Origin: Halieaceae bacterium
Lineage (GTDB): Bacteria > Pseudomonadota > Gammaproteobacteria > Pseudomonadales > Halieaceae
NCBI GenBank assembly: GCA_024640505.1
Contig: JAHEEV010000008.1
Location: 2,977 to 66,976, forward strand
Reading direction: 5' to 3'
Length of the DNA: 64,000 nucleotides
The position numbers and the translations under genes are program-made. The notes beneath the pieces were generated by a model, which had not been told where the DNA came from, searched no databases, and worked only from the letters and a program-made list of their open reading frames with translations. Numbering within the stretch: the stretch's first letter is position 1; the number at the start of each line of letters is the position of its first letter. Positions 28,124 through 37,096 of this stretch are shown piece by piece.

Positions 28124-29137
28124 CTATTCCGGAATACGGATCACCAGCTTCCCGCTGTTACTGCCATCAAACAGGCGCAGAAAGGTCGGCAGCACGTTGT
28201 CGAGGCCGTCGACCACATCCTCCCGGAACTGGAGCTTCCCCGCCATTACCCACTCCGCCAGCTGGGCAATGCCCTCGGGAAACCGGTCGAGGTAGTCCAG
28301 AATCACGAAGCCACGGATGGTGACGCTGCGGGCCACCAGTTGCCAAAGGTTGGCAAGGGGCGGCAGCTCACTCTCGTTGTAGGTCGAGATCCAGCCGCAG
28401 ACCGCAACCCGGGCATACCGGTTGAGGCAGGCCAACGCGGCATCGAGAATCTCACCACCGACGTTATCGAAGTAAACGTCCACGCCATCAGGGCAGGCTT
28501 CACTGATAGCCGCGCGATAATCTCCGCAGGTCCTGTAATTGATCGCGGCGTCGAAGCCCAGATCTTCTGTGAGCCACCGGCACTTATCCTCGCTACCGGC
28601 CATGCCGACCACCCGGCAGCCCTGCATTTTGGCAATCTGCCCCACGATGGATCCCACGGCACCCGCGGCGGCGCTGACCAGCACGGTTTCACCCGCTTTG
28701 GGCTGACCCACTTCCAGCAGACCGAAGTAGGCGGTCAGCCCGGTTGGACCCAGCACCCCCAGGAACAGGCTGAGGGGAATGCCGGCATTTTCATCCAGCT
28801 TGTTCAACATGCCGGCCGGCACGGTGGTGTACTGCTCCCAGCCCCCCATCACCATGGCCACGTCGCCCACGGCAAAGTCCGGGCTGTTACTGGCAACTAC
28901 CCTGCCTATGACGGAACTGCGCACCGCGTCTCCCAGCGTGATGGGCTCTATGTAATTCGGCGCATCACTCATCCAGCCACGAATCGCGGGATCCAGTGAG
29001 ATGTAGAGATTGCGGATAGTCACCTCACCCTCCCCGGGCGGGGCAAGGGGCACGTCCCGGCAGGCGACGTTATCCGGGGTGGGTTCACCGACGGGACGGG
29101 AAGCCAGGAAATACTGTCGGTTGGTGAGTTCTGTCAT
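28124..29137 (-). CDS. NADP-dependent oxidoreductase, MDR superfamily (alkenal/one or enone reductase type)
   Basis: ATG at 29137 (MTELTNRQYFLASRPVGEPTPDN...). Nucleotide motif AAAGAVGSIVGQIAK. No zinc-ligand Cys cluster, as in the leukotriene-B4-dehydrogenase/YncB-like branch. Confidence 0.9.
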   Translation of the reverse strand: MTELTNRQYFLASRPVGEPTPDNVACRDVPLAPPGEGEVTIRNLYISLDPAIRGWMSDAPNYIEPITLGDAVRSSVIGRVVASNSPDFAVGDVAMVMGGWEQYTTVPAGMLNKLDENAGIPLSLFLGVLGPTGLTAYFGLLEVGQPKAGETVLVSAAAGAVGSIVGQIAKMQGCRVVGMAGSEDKCRWLTEDLGFDAAINYRTCGDYRAAISEACPDGVDVYFDNVGGEILDAALACLNRYARVAVCGWISTYNESELPPLANLWQLVARSVTIRGFVILDYLDRFPEGIAQLAEWVMAGKLQFREDVVDGLDNVLPTFLRLFDGSNSGKLVIRIPE

Positions 29138-29239
29138 GGTAGCAGCTGCCTTTTGCGATAAAGCGTTTACCTGCACCGACGTCGGCAACAGGAGCGCATT
29201 GAGCGCCGGGATGAGAGGGCAACATAGTCTGTCACAAAA

Positions 29240-29262
29240 AAGCAGTCAACCCTGATTGTTTT
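29240..29262. promoter_or_regulatory. Operator-like palindrome, site e (AAGCAG-TCAACC-CTGATTGTTTT)
   Basis: Located in the 199-bp divergent region between 28124..29137 and the ABM/Mo/LLM operon. Shares 18 of 20 positions of CAGTCAA-NN-CTGATTGTTTT with site d. Confidence 0.5.
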
Positions 29263-29336
29263 CGACAGGTCGATCTGCTAACTTGCCGCAGACCATCTCG
29301 CGCTTGACAGGCACTGCAAATAACAAGGAATCCACC

Positions 29337-29681
29337 ATGACAACCCTGATTGCCGGAACCGTGGACATGAGTCCGGAGAACCGCGCCGAGGCCCTCGCCG
29401 ACGCCGCCGACCTGATCGCGGATACCCGCTCGCAGAAGGGTTGCGTGCACTATGTGTGGTCAGCGGACCCGACCTCCGATACCCGCATCTATGTCTACGA
29501 GAACTGGGAGACCACGGAGGACCTGGCAGCTCACCTGGCAGGCCCCTATTACACCCAGATGCTGGGCGTACTGGGCAAGTACGGCGTTGAGAACGTCGAG
29601 ATATCCAAGTTCAGGATCGACCTCGAAGAACCGGTGTACGATCCGGAGGGCAGGCCCCGGGCAGATTTCTTTACCGGCTAG
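29337..29681 (+). CDS. Antibiotic-biosynthesis-monooxygenase (ABM) fold protein
   Basis: ATG at 29337, 114 aa. The pattern TRSQKGCVHYVWSADPTSDTRIYVYENWETTEDLAAHLAGPYY is typical of the ferredoxin-like ABM domain. Confidence 0.75.
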   Translation: MTTLIAGTVDMSPENRAEALADAADLIADTRSQKGCVHYVWSADPTSDTRIYVYENWETTEDLAAHLAGPYYTQMLGVLGKYGVENVEISKFRIDLEEPVYDPEGRPRADFFTG

Positions 29682-29712
29682 AGCGGATTCTGATTGTAAG
29701 GGGGAGCATCCA

Positions 29713-31887
29713 GTGGCTACCAGACAAGTCAAAACCTACTGCCGGTTCTGCCACGCCTACTGCCCCATGGTGGCGACGGTAGAGGACAACCGCCTCATCG
29801 CCGTCGAGCCGGATACGGACAATGAGATCTACGGCGGCTACACCTGTGTCAAAGGCCGCCAGCTGGTGGAACAGACCTATCACCCCCAGCGCCTGCAGCA
29901 TTCGCTGAAAAGACAGGCAGACGGCAGCTTCGAAACTATCGGCACGTCCCGGGCCCTGGATGAAATCGCAACGAAGCTGCAGGACATACTGGACAGGCAC
30001 GGTCCCCGCAGTATCGCCAGTTACAATGGCACCGTCTCCTTTCAGAATTCCGCCACCCACCCGGTCGCCAAAGCCTGGCACGTGGCCCTGGATTCCCCCT
30101 CCTACTACACCAGTATTACCATCGACCAACCCGCCAAGGTGGGTATCGGCGTCGCCCGTATGGGTTACTGGGGCGGCGGCAACCACACCTGGCGCGATTC
30201 CAATGTCGCCCTGATCATCGGCAATAACACCCTGGTGTCACATTTTTCCATCCCCGGGGGCATTCCCTCCTTCAGCCCCAGCAATGCGCTGCGCGAGGGG
30301 AGGAAGCGCGGCATGAAAATCATCTGCGTCGATCCGCGCCGCTCCGAAGTAGCCTCCCGGGCTGACCTTCACCTGCAGATCAAACCGGGGCAGGATGCGG
30401 TACTCCTGGCGGGCCTGATTCATATTATTCTGGAGGAAAACCTGCACGACGCGGAGTTCTGCGCCCAGCATATCCGTAATCTGGAGCCCTTCAAGGCCAG
30501 CCTTGGCCGCTTTACCCCGGATTACGTCGCAGCGCGTACCGAACTGGAACGGGACGATATTATCGCCGCCGCCCGACTGTTCGCCGCCGGCCCCAGGGGC
30601 ACGGCAAGCACCGGTACCGGCCCGGAGATGGGGCCGCACCCCAATCTGGTCCAGCATCTGGTGCAGTCCATCAACGCCATTTGCGGTCGGCATTACCGCG
30701 CCGGGGAGAGGCTCCCCAACGCCGGTGTGCTGTCGCCGCTGGCTCCACGCCTGGCGCAGGCGGTACCGCCGCAGCCGGAATGGCTGACCGGTGTCCGCAG
30801 CCGGGTATCAGAGGATATCGGCGAGGTCACCGTACTGACCGCCAATGGCCCGATCAAGGAAATGCCTACCGCGATCTGCGCCGATGAAATCCTGATGGAG
30901 GGCCCGGGCCAGATCAAGGCCCTGATCTGTGTCGGTGGCAATCCGCTGCTGGCCTGGCCCGGACAGGAGAAGGCTTTCAGGGCACTGCAGGGCCTGGAGC
31001 TGTTGGTCTGCATTGACTACAAACTGTCCGCCACGGCGGAACTGGCAGACTATGTGATCGGCTCCAAGTTGTGCCTCGAACGGGACGACCTGACGGTGCT
31101 CACCGATATCTGGTACGAGCAACCCTACAGCCACTACGCCAGAACCGTGGTGGAGGCCGAGGGCGATGTCATCGAGGAGTGGGAACTGTTCTGGGAGCTG
31201 GGCAAGCGCCTGGGACTGGACCTCAGCATCAACCAGCAGCATCCGCTGGATATGACGGAGAAGCCAACCAAGTACGACATACTGGCCAGGATGACCACCG
31301 GCTCACGGGTTCCCCTCGAGGAGATCTACAACCGCGATGGCGGTCATGTCTATGACGTACCCGATGTCATCGTACAGCCTGCAGATCCGGCGACCCGCGG
31401 CCACATGGACCTGTTCCCGGCCGGCCTGGCTGACGAACTGGAGGCGGCAGCCCGGGATGCCGACCACGGTTTACAGCTTACAGCCGGGGGCGAATATCCG
31501 TACCTGCTGGTGAGCCGCCGCATGAAAAACACCTTCAACTCCACCGGGCCGGAACTGAGTTTTCTCGCCGCCAAAGGCACCACCAATCCCGCCTATATCA
31601 ATCCGGACGACCTGGCCGCACTCAACATCGCCGATGGGGAGATAATCACCATCCGCTCCGAAAGGGGCGAAATCCCGGCAGTGGCGCAGGGCAGTCCCGA
31701 TATCAAGCGCGGCGTGGTATCCATGGCCCACTGCTGGGGCGCTGCGCCGGACGGCTCCGGCGATGACAAGGTCCGCGAAATTGGCGCCAACACCAACCGG
31801 CTGATCGACAACCTGGATCATCCGGAAAAATACTCCGGCATGGCGCGACAAAGTGCCATCGCCGTCAAATTGTGCAAACCGGGATGA
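29713..31887 (+). CDS. Molybdopterin (Mo/W-bisPGD, MopB family) oxidoreductase, cytoplasmic, stand-alone
   Basis: GTG at 29713 preceded by GGGGGAG. The N-terminus VATRQVKTYCRFCHAYCPM...YTCVKG carries the CxxCxxxC...C 4Fe-4S pattern with no twin-arginine leader. Molybdopterin-binding and C-terminal beta-barrel regions follow (ITIRSERGEIPAVA). The ORF-track start at 29452 overlaps the ABM gene. Confidence 0.9.
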   Translation: MATRQVKTYCRFCHAYCPMVATVEDNRLIAVEPDTDNEIYGGYTCVKGRQLVEQTYHPQRLQHSLKRQADGSFETIGTSRALDEIATKLQDILDRHGPRSIASYNGTVSFQNSATHPVAKAWHVALDSPSYYTSITIDQPAKVGIGVARMGYWGGGNHTWRDSNVALIIGNNTLVSHFSIPGGIPSFSPSNALREGRKRGMKIICVDPRRSEVASRADLHLQIKPGQDAVLLAGLIHIILEENLHDAEFCAQHIRNLEPFKASLGRFTPDYVAARTELERDDIIAAARLFAAGPRGTASTGTGPEMGPHPNLVQHLVQSINAICGRHYRAGERLPNAGVLSPLAPRLAQAVPPQPEWLTGVRSRVSEDIGEVTVLTANGPIKEMPTAICADEILMEGPGQIKALICVGGNPLLAWPGQEKAFRALQGLELLVCIDYKLSATAELADYVIGSKLCLERDDLTVLTDIWYEQPYSHYARTVVEAEGDVIEEWELFWELGKRLGLDLSINQQHPLDMTEKPTKYDILARMTTGSRVPLEEIYNRDGGHVYDVPDVIVQPADPATRGHMDLFPAGLADELEAAARDADHGLQLTAGGEYPYLLVSRRMKNTFNSTGPELSFLAAKGTTNPAYINPDDLAALNIADGEIITIRSERGEIPAVAQGSPDIKRGVVSMAHCWGAAPDGSGDDKVREIGANTNRLIDNLDHPEKYSGMARQSAIAVKLCKPG

Positions 31888-31892
31888 TCGAC

Positions 31893-32879
31893 ATGAGCAC
31901 TAAACCCTTTCGTTTTTCCCTGCAGAGTTTCAATACGGACTCACCCCGCAGTTGGCGCAACCTGATCAGCAAAACCGAGGACCTGGGTTACTCCACGTTC
32001 TTCCTGGCTGACCACTTCCTCAGCCCCGGCCCCGCCCTGGAGGGCACGTTCCACCCGCCCCAGACGGTGGCATCGGTGCCGGCCATCGCCATGGCCCTGG
32101 AACAGACATCCACCCTGCGGGTGGGTTGCCGGGTCTTCTGCAACGACTACCGCCACCCGGTGATTCTGGCCAAGGAAGCGGCCACGATGGATTACCTGTC
32201 CGGCGGGCGTCTGGAGTTCGGGCTCGGCGCCGGCTGGATCAGGGCGGAGTATGAGGCGGCCGGCCTGCCCTTTGACGAGTTCCCCGAAAGGTATGCACGC
32301 TTCACAGAAACCGTGCATGCCTACAAGGCCTTCATGTCCGGCGAGCCACTGGAAATAGAGGGCGCGTTCATCAAATGGTCCGGCTTCTCCGGCACACCGG
32401 CCCCGACGCAATCGCCCTACCCGCCCCTGATGATTGGCGGTGGCAGTAAGAAGATTCTCGAGTTTGCCGGTGCCGAAGCGGATATCGTCAGCCTGAACTT
32501 CAACAACCGGGCCGGCATGCTGGGGCCGGACGGTATGAATTCCGGCATGGCTGCCGCCACGGCCAGGAAGGTTGACTGGATAAAATCGGGGGCAGGAGAT
32601 CGCTTTGACGAGATCGAGCTGGAGATCGGCGCCTACAACACCGTCGTCACCGACCACCAGCAGCCCACGGCGGCCGCGATCGGCGACGCATTGGGAATGA
32701 GCGCCGACGACATCCTCAGCCACCCCCACTGCCTGATAGGCTCCATCGATTACATCTGCGAGGAACTGGAGCGGCGCCGGGCGACCTATGGCATCTCCTA
32801 TATCGCAGTATTGGACGACGGTGAAAACAATATGGTGGAGGCCTTCGCACCCGTGGTCGCGCGATTGGCAGGCAAGTAA
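31893..32879 (+). CDS. Luciferase-like monooxygenase (LLM) class oxidoreductase, possibly F420- or FMN-dependent
   Basis: MSTKPFRFSLQSF...WRNLISKTEDLGYSTFFLADHF and GRLEFGLGAGW are LLM TIM-barrel signatures. The start lies 5 nt after the Mo-enzyme stop. Confidence 0.85.
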   Translation: MSTKPFRFSLQSFNTDSPRSWRNLISKTEDLGYSTFFLADHFLSPGPALEGTFHPPQTVASVPAIAMALEQTSTLRVGCRVFCNDYRHPVILAKEAATMDYLSGGRLEFGLGAGWIRAEYEAAGLPFDEFPERYARFTETVHAYKAFMSGEPLEIEGAFIKWSGFSGTPAPTQSPYPPLMIGGGSKKILEFAGAEADIVSLNFNNRAGMLGPDGMNSGMAAATARKVDWIKSGAGDRFDEIELEIGAYNTVVTDHQQPTAAAIGDALGMSADDILSHPHCLIGSIDYICEELERRRATYGISYIAVLDDGENNMVEAFAPVVARLAGK

Positions 32880-32903
32880 GTTCCGCGAGTTCGACCTTTC
32901 GTA

Positions 32904-32960
32904 TATAATCTGGTCAGCTTTAACCTGTTTTAAACAGTCGGTCTTGTTTTTTTAACAAGA
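32904..32960 (+). promoter_or_regulatory. Candidate TetR promoter/operator: TATAAT box followed by site c palindromes
   Basis: Perfect TATAAT at 32904-32909. Then CTGTTT-T-AAACAG (32925-32937), AAACAG-TCGGTC-TTGTTT (32932-32949) and TCTTGTT-TTTTT-AACAAGA (32942-32960). The region ends 22 bp before the TetR ATG. Confidence 0.5.
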
Positions 32961-32981
32961 GACAACACTAGGGAAGGTAAC

Positions 32982-33680
32982 ATGCCAGCGGACAAAACTG
33001 AGAACGCCAGGACTGTCATTGACGAAAACGGGGAAACCATCAGCTGGCAGGCCCAGAAGAGCGCCATGACCCGGGACAGGATCCTGGACGCCGCCATCAG
33101 CTGTTTCATCAACCAGGGTTACACCAACGTCACCACGGCCAAGGTTGCCAGCGCCGCCGGCGTCTCCCGCGGCGCCATGCTGCACCACTTCCCCTCCAAG
33201 ACCGAACTGATACAGGCGGCTATCGAGTATCTGCACGACAAACTGGTGGAAGATTTCACCCAACGGGTAAAGGCCATACCCGATTCCCTGCGAGGGAAAA
33301 AGCATCGACGTGCGGGCCTGGATGCCTACTGGGAGCACCTCACCAGCGACCTCTTCATGGCCTACCACGAGTTGTGTGTGGCGGGACGCACGGACCCGGA
33401 GCTGCGGGAAATACTCGAGAAATCCACGGTCACTTTCGACCAGCATGTACGCAGCTCAACCACGGAACTGTTCAAGGAGTGGGCTGACATGGGAGATCGC
33501 TTCCTGCTGGCCATGGACGTCACCAAGTTCATGATGGAGGGCATGGCCGTAGGCCAGATGGTCGGTGATCGGGAGGCGCGGGTTCAACGCCTGCTGGACT
33601 ACCTGGCGGATCGACTCGAGGAAATTTTCAAGGAGGGTGGTTCCGGCGCAATTGGCCGCCACTCTGCCAGGAAGAGGTAG
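32982..33680 (+). CDS. TetR/AcrR family transcriptional regulator
   Basis: HTH region RDRILDAAISCFINQGYTNVTTAKVASAAGVSRGAMLHHFPSK. Confidence 0.9.
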   Translation: MPADKTENARTVIDENGETISWQAQKSAMTRDRILDAAISCFINQGYTNVTTAKVASAAGVSRGAMLHHFPSKTELIQAAIEYLHDKLVEDFTQRVKAIPDSLRGKKHRRAGLDAYWEHLTSDLFMAYHELCVAGRTDPELREILEKSTVTFDQHVRSSTTELFKEWADMGDRFLLAMDVTKFMMEGMAVGQMVGDREARVQRLLDYLADRLEEIFKEGGSGAIGRHSARKR

Positions 33681-33809
33681 CCCTGTCCCGGAGACCCCGA
33701 CCGTATTGTTTCGCCACAATGAAACCGACGTACAGCATCGCAGCAACAAACACAGCATATAGCGGGCAGATCGACCCACCCCCGAACAGCCAACTCGAAG
33801 GAGAGTGCA

Positions 33810-34793
33810 ATGAGCCTGGACAAAACGGCACTGGCGCGAGCGTACCGCCAGATGAAAACCATCCGCGAATTCGAAGAGCGCGCCCACGCAGAAATCATGA
33901 ACGGCCAGATAGCCGGCTTCACCCACCTCTACACAGGGCAGGAAGCCAACGCCGTCGGCGTGTGTGAGCACCTCTCGGGCGCCGACACCATCATCTCCAC
34001 TCACCGCGGCCATGGCCACTGCATTGCCCGCGGCGCCGATGTGAAAGGCATGATGGCCGAGCTCTGGGGCTCCAGCGCGGGCCTGTGCAAAGGCAAGGGT
34101 GGCAGCATGCACGTGGCCGACGTGGACAACGGCATTCTGGGCGCCAACGGTATTGTCGCCGGCGGCCCGCCGATTTCTGTCGGCTCCGCCCTGGCAGCGA
34201 AGCAGAAAGGGACCAACAATGTCGCCGTGTCGTTCTCGGGGGATGGCTCCGTCAACCAGGGTACCTGTTTCGAGGCCATGAATCTGGCCGTGGTGCTGCA
34301 GGTACCGGCGATATTTGTCATCGAGAACAACTACTACTCCGAACACACCTCCATCAACTATGCGGTGGGTTGCGACGACCTCAAAGCGCGCACCGAAGGT
34401 TTTGGCTTCCCGGTGTTTGTCGCCAACGGCGTAGATTTTTTCGATGTTCACGAGGCCGCGGGCAAAGCCATCGAACACGCCAGGGCGGGCAATGGCCCAG
34501 CCGGCGTCTTCTGCGAGCAGGGACGTTTCCACGGCCACTTCGTCGGGGACCCGCAGGGCTATCGGGGTGAAGGCGAGCTGGATCGATTGCGGCAGGACTA
34601 CGATTGCCTGAAACATTTCCGCGAGCGCGTGACAGGCACAGGGGAGATGAGCCATGAGGAGCTGGACGCCATCGATGCCGAGGTCATGGCGCTGATTGAC
34701 GAGGCCGTCAGCGCCGCTCGCGCCGCGCCGCGACCCACCGCGGCGGACCTGGAAACCGACGTCTATATCAACTACGCAGCGCAGGGAGTATAA
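33810..34793 (+). CDS. TPP-dependent dehydrogenase E1 alpha subunit (acetoin/2-oxoacid dehydrogenase type)
   Basis: SD AAGGAGAG upstream. TPP motif GDGSVNQGTCFEAMNLAVVLQVPAIFVIENNYY. HRGHGH block. Confidence 0.9.
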   Translation: MSLDKTALARAYRQMKTIREFEERAHAEIMNGQIAGFTHLYTGQEANAVGVCEHLSGADTIISTHRGHGHCIARGADVKGMMAELWGSSAGLCKGKGGSMHVADVDNGILGANGIVAGGPPISVGSALAAKQKGTNNVAVSFSGDGSVNQGTCFEAMNLAVVLQVPAIFVIENNYYSEHTSINYAVGCDDLKARTEGFGFPVFVANGVDFFDVHEAAGKAIEHARAGNGPAGVFCEQGRFHGHFVGDPQGYRGEGELDRLRQDYDCLKHFRERVTGTGEMSHEELDAIDAEVMALIDEAVSAARAAPRPTAADLETDVYINYAAQGV

Positions 34794-34797
34794 GACC

Positions 34798-35802
34798 ATG
34801 CCACAGAAAACCATGCGCGATGCAATCAATGAAGCCCTGCACCAGGAGATGGCCGCAGACGAAAGAGTCTTTGTCATCGGTGAAGACGTGGCCGGCGGCA
34901 ACGGCTCTGACGGCACGGTCGGCTGCGCCGGTGGCGTGTTCGGTGTCACCGCCGGCCTCTACGACAAGTTCGGCCCCCTGCGCTGTGTCGACACCCCCAT
35001 TTCAGAGTCCGCCATCGTCGGTGCTGCTGCGGGGGCTGCCCTGTCCGGTATGCGCCCGGTGGCGGAAATCATGTTTGCCGATTTTATCGGTGTCTGCATG
35101 GACCAGATCTTCAACCAGATGGCCAAGTTCCGCTACATGTTCGGCGGCAAGTCCAGGTGCCCGGCGGTGATCCGCTTCGCCTCCGGCGCGGGATTCAGCG
35201 CCGCGGCCCAGCACAGCCAGTCCATGTACCAGATCATGACCGCGGTGCCCGGCCTCAAAGTGGTCGTACCCTCCAACGCCTACGACGCCAAGGGTCTGCT
35301 GCTCACCGCCATCCGCGACGACGACCCGGTGTTGTTTTTCGAACCCAAGGCACTCTACCAGGAGGCCTGCGAAGTTCCCGACGAGCCCTATACCATTCCC
35401 TTTGGTGAAGCGGCCATGCCCAGGGAAGGGGACGATGTGACCGTGGTGGCCTTTGGCCAGATGGTGGGCAGGGCTGCAGCTGCTATCGACGGACTGGAAG
35501 ACCAGGGTATCACCTGCGACCTGATCGACCCGCGTACCACCTCTCCGCTGGACGCCGACACCATTCTCGAGAGCGTGAAGGCCACCGGCCGGCTGGTGGT
35601 CGTGGACGAGTCACCACCCCGCTGCGGCCTGACCGCAGACATTGCGGCCATGGCCGCCGATCGCGCTTTCCACAGCCTGAAGGCACCGATCAAACAGGTT
35701 TGCGCGCCCCATACGCCCGTGCCCTTTTCACCGGAGCTCGAGGCGGCCTACGTTCCCTCTGTACAGAAGATCCAGGCGGCCATCCTGGAGGTTATGCGAT
35801 GA
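34798..35802 (+). CDS. TPP-dependent dehydrogenase E1 beta subunit
   Basis: ATG at 34798, 4 nt after the E1 alpha stop. MPQKTMRDAINEALHQEMAADERVFVIGEDV and the transketolase-like Pyr/C-terminal pattern. Confidence 0.9.
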   Translation: MPQKTMRDAINEALHQEMAADERVFVIGEDVAGGNGSDGTVGCAGGVFGVTAGLYDKFGPLRCVDTPISESAIVGAAAGAALSGMRPVAEIMFADFIGVCMDQIFNQMAKFRYMFGGKSRCPAVIRFASGAGFSAAAQHSQSMYQIMTAVPGLKVVVPSNAYDAKGLLLTAIRDDDPVLFFEPKALYQEACEVPDEPYTIPFGEAAMPREGDDVTVVAFGQMVGRAAAAIDGLEDQGITCDLIDPRTTSPLDADTILESVKATGRLVVVDESPPRCGLTADIAAMAADRAFHSLKAPIKQVCAPHTPVPFSPELEAAYVPSVQKIQAAILEVMR

Positions 35803-37004
35803 GCGATATCGTACCCATCGCCATCCCGAAGTGGGGCATAGAAATGGTGGAGGGCACCATCAACAGCTGGCTCAAGCAACCCGGCGACGCCGTCAGCAAG
35901 GGCGACGAATTGCTGGAAATAGAATCTGACAAGATCGTGAATGTCTGGGACGCGCCCGTCGACGGCATCCTCCGCAGGCAACTCGTTGCAGAGGGCGAGG
36001 TCCGCCCGGTGGGGTCACTGCTGGGCATTATCACCACCGCGGACGTGGACGATGCAGCAATCGACGAATTTATCGCCAGTTTTGCCGGTGGTGCAGAGCC
36101 TGAAGAGACGACCGCAGCCACTGAAGCACCCGCAGCCCCCCCGGCCGCATCGGCCCAGGATGGCGGTGTCAGCCGGCGCACCAACCCGGTGGTGCGTCGC
36201 CTCGCGGAGGAACTGGGCGTCGACCTGGAAACGGTCACCGGCACCGGTCGCAATGGCCGTATCACCCAGGATGACGTGCGCGCTGCGGCCCAGGGCGATG
36301 GCGCTGCCGAATCGGCTGCCAACGCAGGCGCCGCTGACTACGAGGTCATCCCCCTGAGCGCCACGCGCAAGACCATCGCCAAACGCCTGACCGAGGCCAA
36401 GCAGGCTATTCCTCACTACTACCTCAGTGTGGAGTGGCCACTGGACGGCCTGCTGGCTCATCGGGCGAAGCTCAATGACACCGGCGATACCAAGGTGTCG
36501 GTCAACGATTTACTGGTTTACTGCGTAAGCCGTGCGCTGATAAAAGTACCGAAGGCGAATATCAATGTGGTGGGTGACACTATTCACCAGTTCAGGACCG
36601 CCAATGTCGCAGTGGCCGTGGCCACGGACGACGCCCTTTACCCGGTAACCCTGCGCGGTGTGGAAAACATGTCACCGGCAGATATCGCCAGGGCAAGCGG
36701 TGCCGCTGCCGAACGCGCCCGCTCCGGGAGCCTGACGACGCAGGATCTCAGCGGCGGCAGCTTTACTGTTTCCAACCTGGGCATGTTCGGAATCGATCAG
36801 TTCACCGCCATTATCAACCCACCCATGGGGGCAATCCTGGCGCTGGGCGCGGCAAAGGAACAGCCCGTGGTAGAGAACGGTGAGGTGAAAGTGGCCACCG
36901 TGATGAATGCCACCCTGTCCTGCGATCACCGCGCTATCGACGGAGCCATCGGTGCGGCTTTCCTCGCGGCGCTGAGAGCGGAGATCGATAAACTGCAGGA
37001 CTGA
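35799..37004 (+). CDS. Dihydrolipoamide acyltransferase E2 component (lipoyl + subunit-binding + catalytic domains)
   Basis: ATGA overlap with E1 beta. Lipoyl-lysine context LEIESDKIV, Ala/Pro linker, peripheral-subunit-binding NPVVRRLAEELGVDLETVTGTGRNGRITQDDV, catalytic DHRAIDG. Confidence 0.9.
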   Translation: MSDIVPIAIPKWGIEMVEGTINSWLKQPGDAVSKGDELLEIESDKIVNVWDAPVDGILRRQLVAEGEVRPVGSLLGIITTADVDDAAIDEFIASFAGGAEPEETTAATEAPAAPPAASAQDGGVSRRTNPVVRRLAEELGVDLETVTGTGRNGRITQDDVRAAAQGDGAAESAANAGAADYEVIPLSATRKTIAKRLTEAKQAIPHYYLSVEWPLDGLLAHRAKLNDTGDTKVSVNDLLVYCVSRALIKVPKANINVVGDTIHQFRTANVAVAVATDDALYPVTLRGVENMSPADIARASGAAAERARSGSLTTQDLSGGSFTVSNLGMFGIDQFTAIINPPMGAILALGAAKEQPVVENGEVKVATVMNATLSCDHRAIDGAIGAAFLAALRAEIDKLQD

Positions 37005-37064
37005 CAGCCCCGGGCAGGTATGCGCGCAGCCGATCGGCAGACTTGTCGTCGACTGGAAGGCCTT

Positions 37065-37096
37065 GGTCAGGCGGCGGTCAGGCGGCGGTCAGGCGG
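37065..37096. repeat. 11-bp tandem repeat (GGTCAGGCGGC x 2.9) spanning the stop codon of the acyl-CoA dehydrogenase gene
   Basis: The repeat GGTCAGGCGGC GGTCAGGCGGC GGTCAGGCGG was read directly. On the coding (minus) strand each unit carries a TGA. Confidence 0.8.

Noticed and set aside
32942-32960. Hairpin TCTTGTT-TTTTT-AACAAGA downstream of the LLM gene, considered as a terminator.
   Set aside because: The stem is AT-rich with no trailing U-run beyond the loop. It is contiguous with the AAACAG/CTGTTT palindromes and lies 22 bp before the TetR ATG, so I treat it as part of the operator region.
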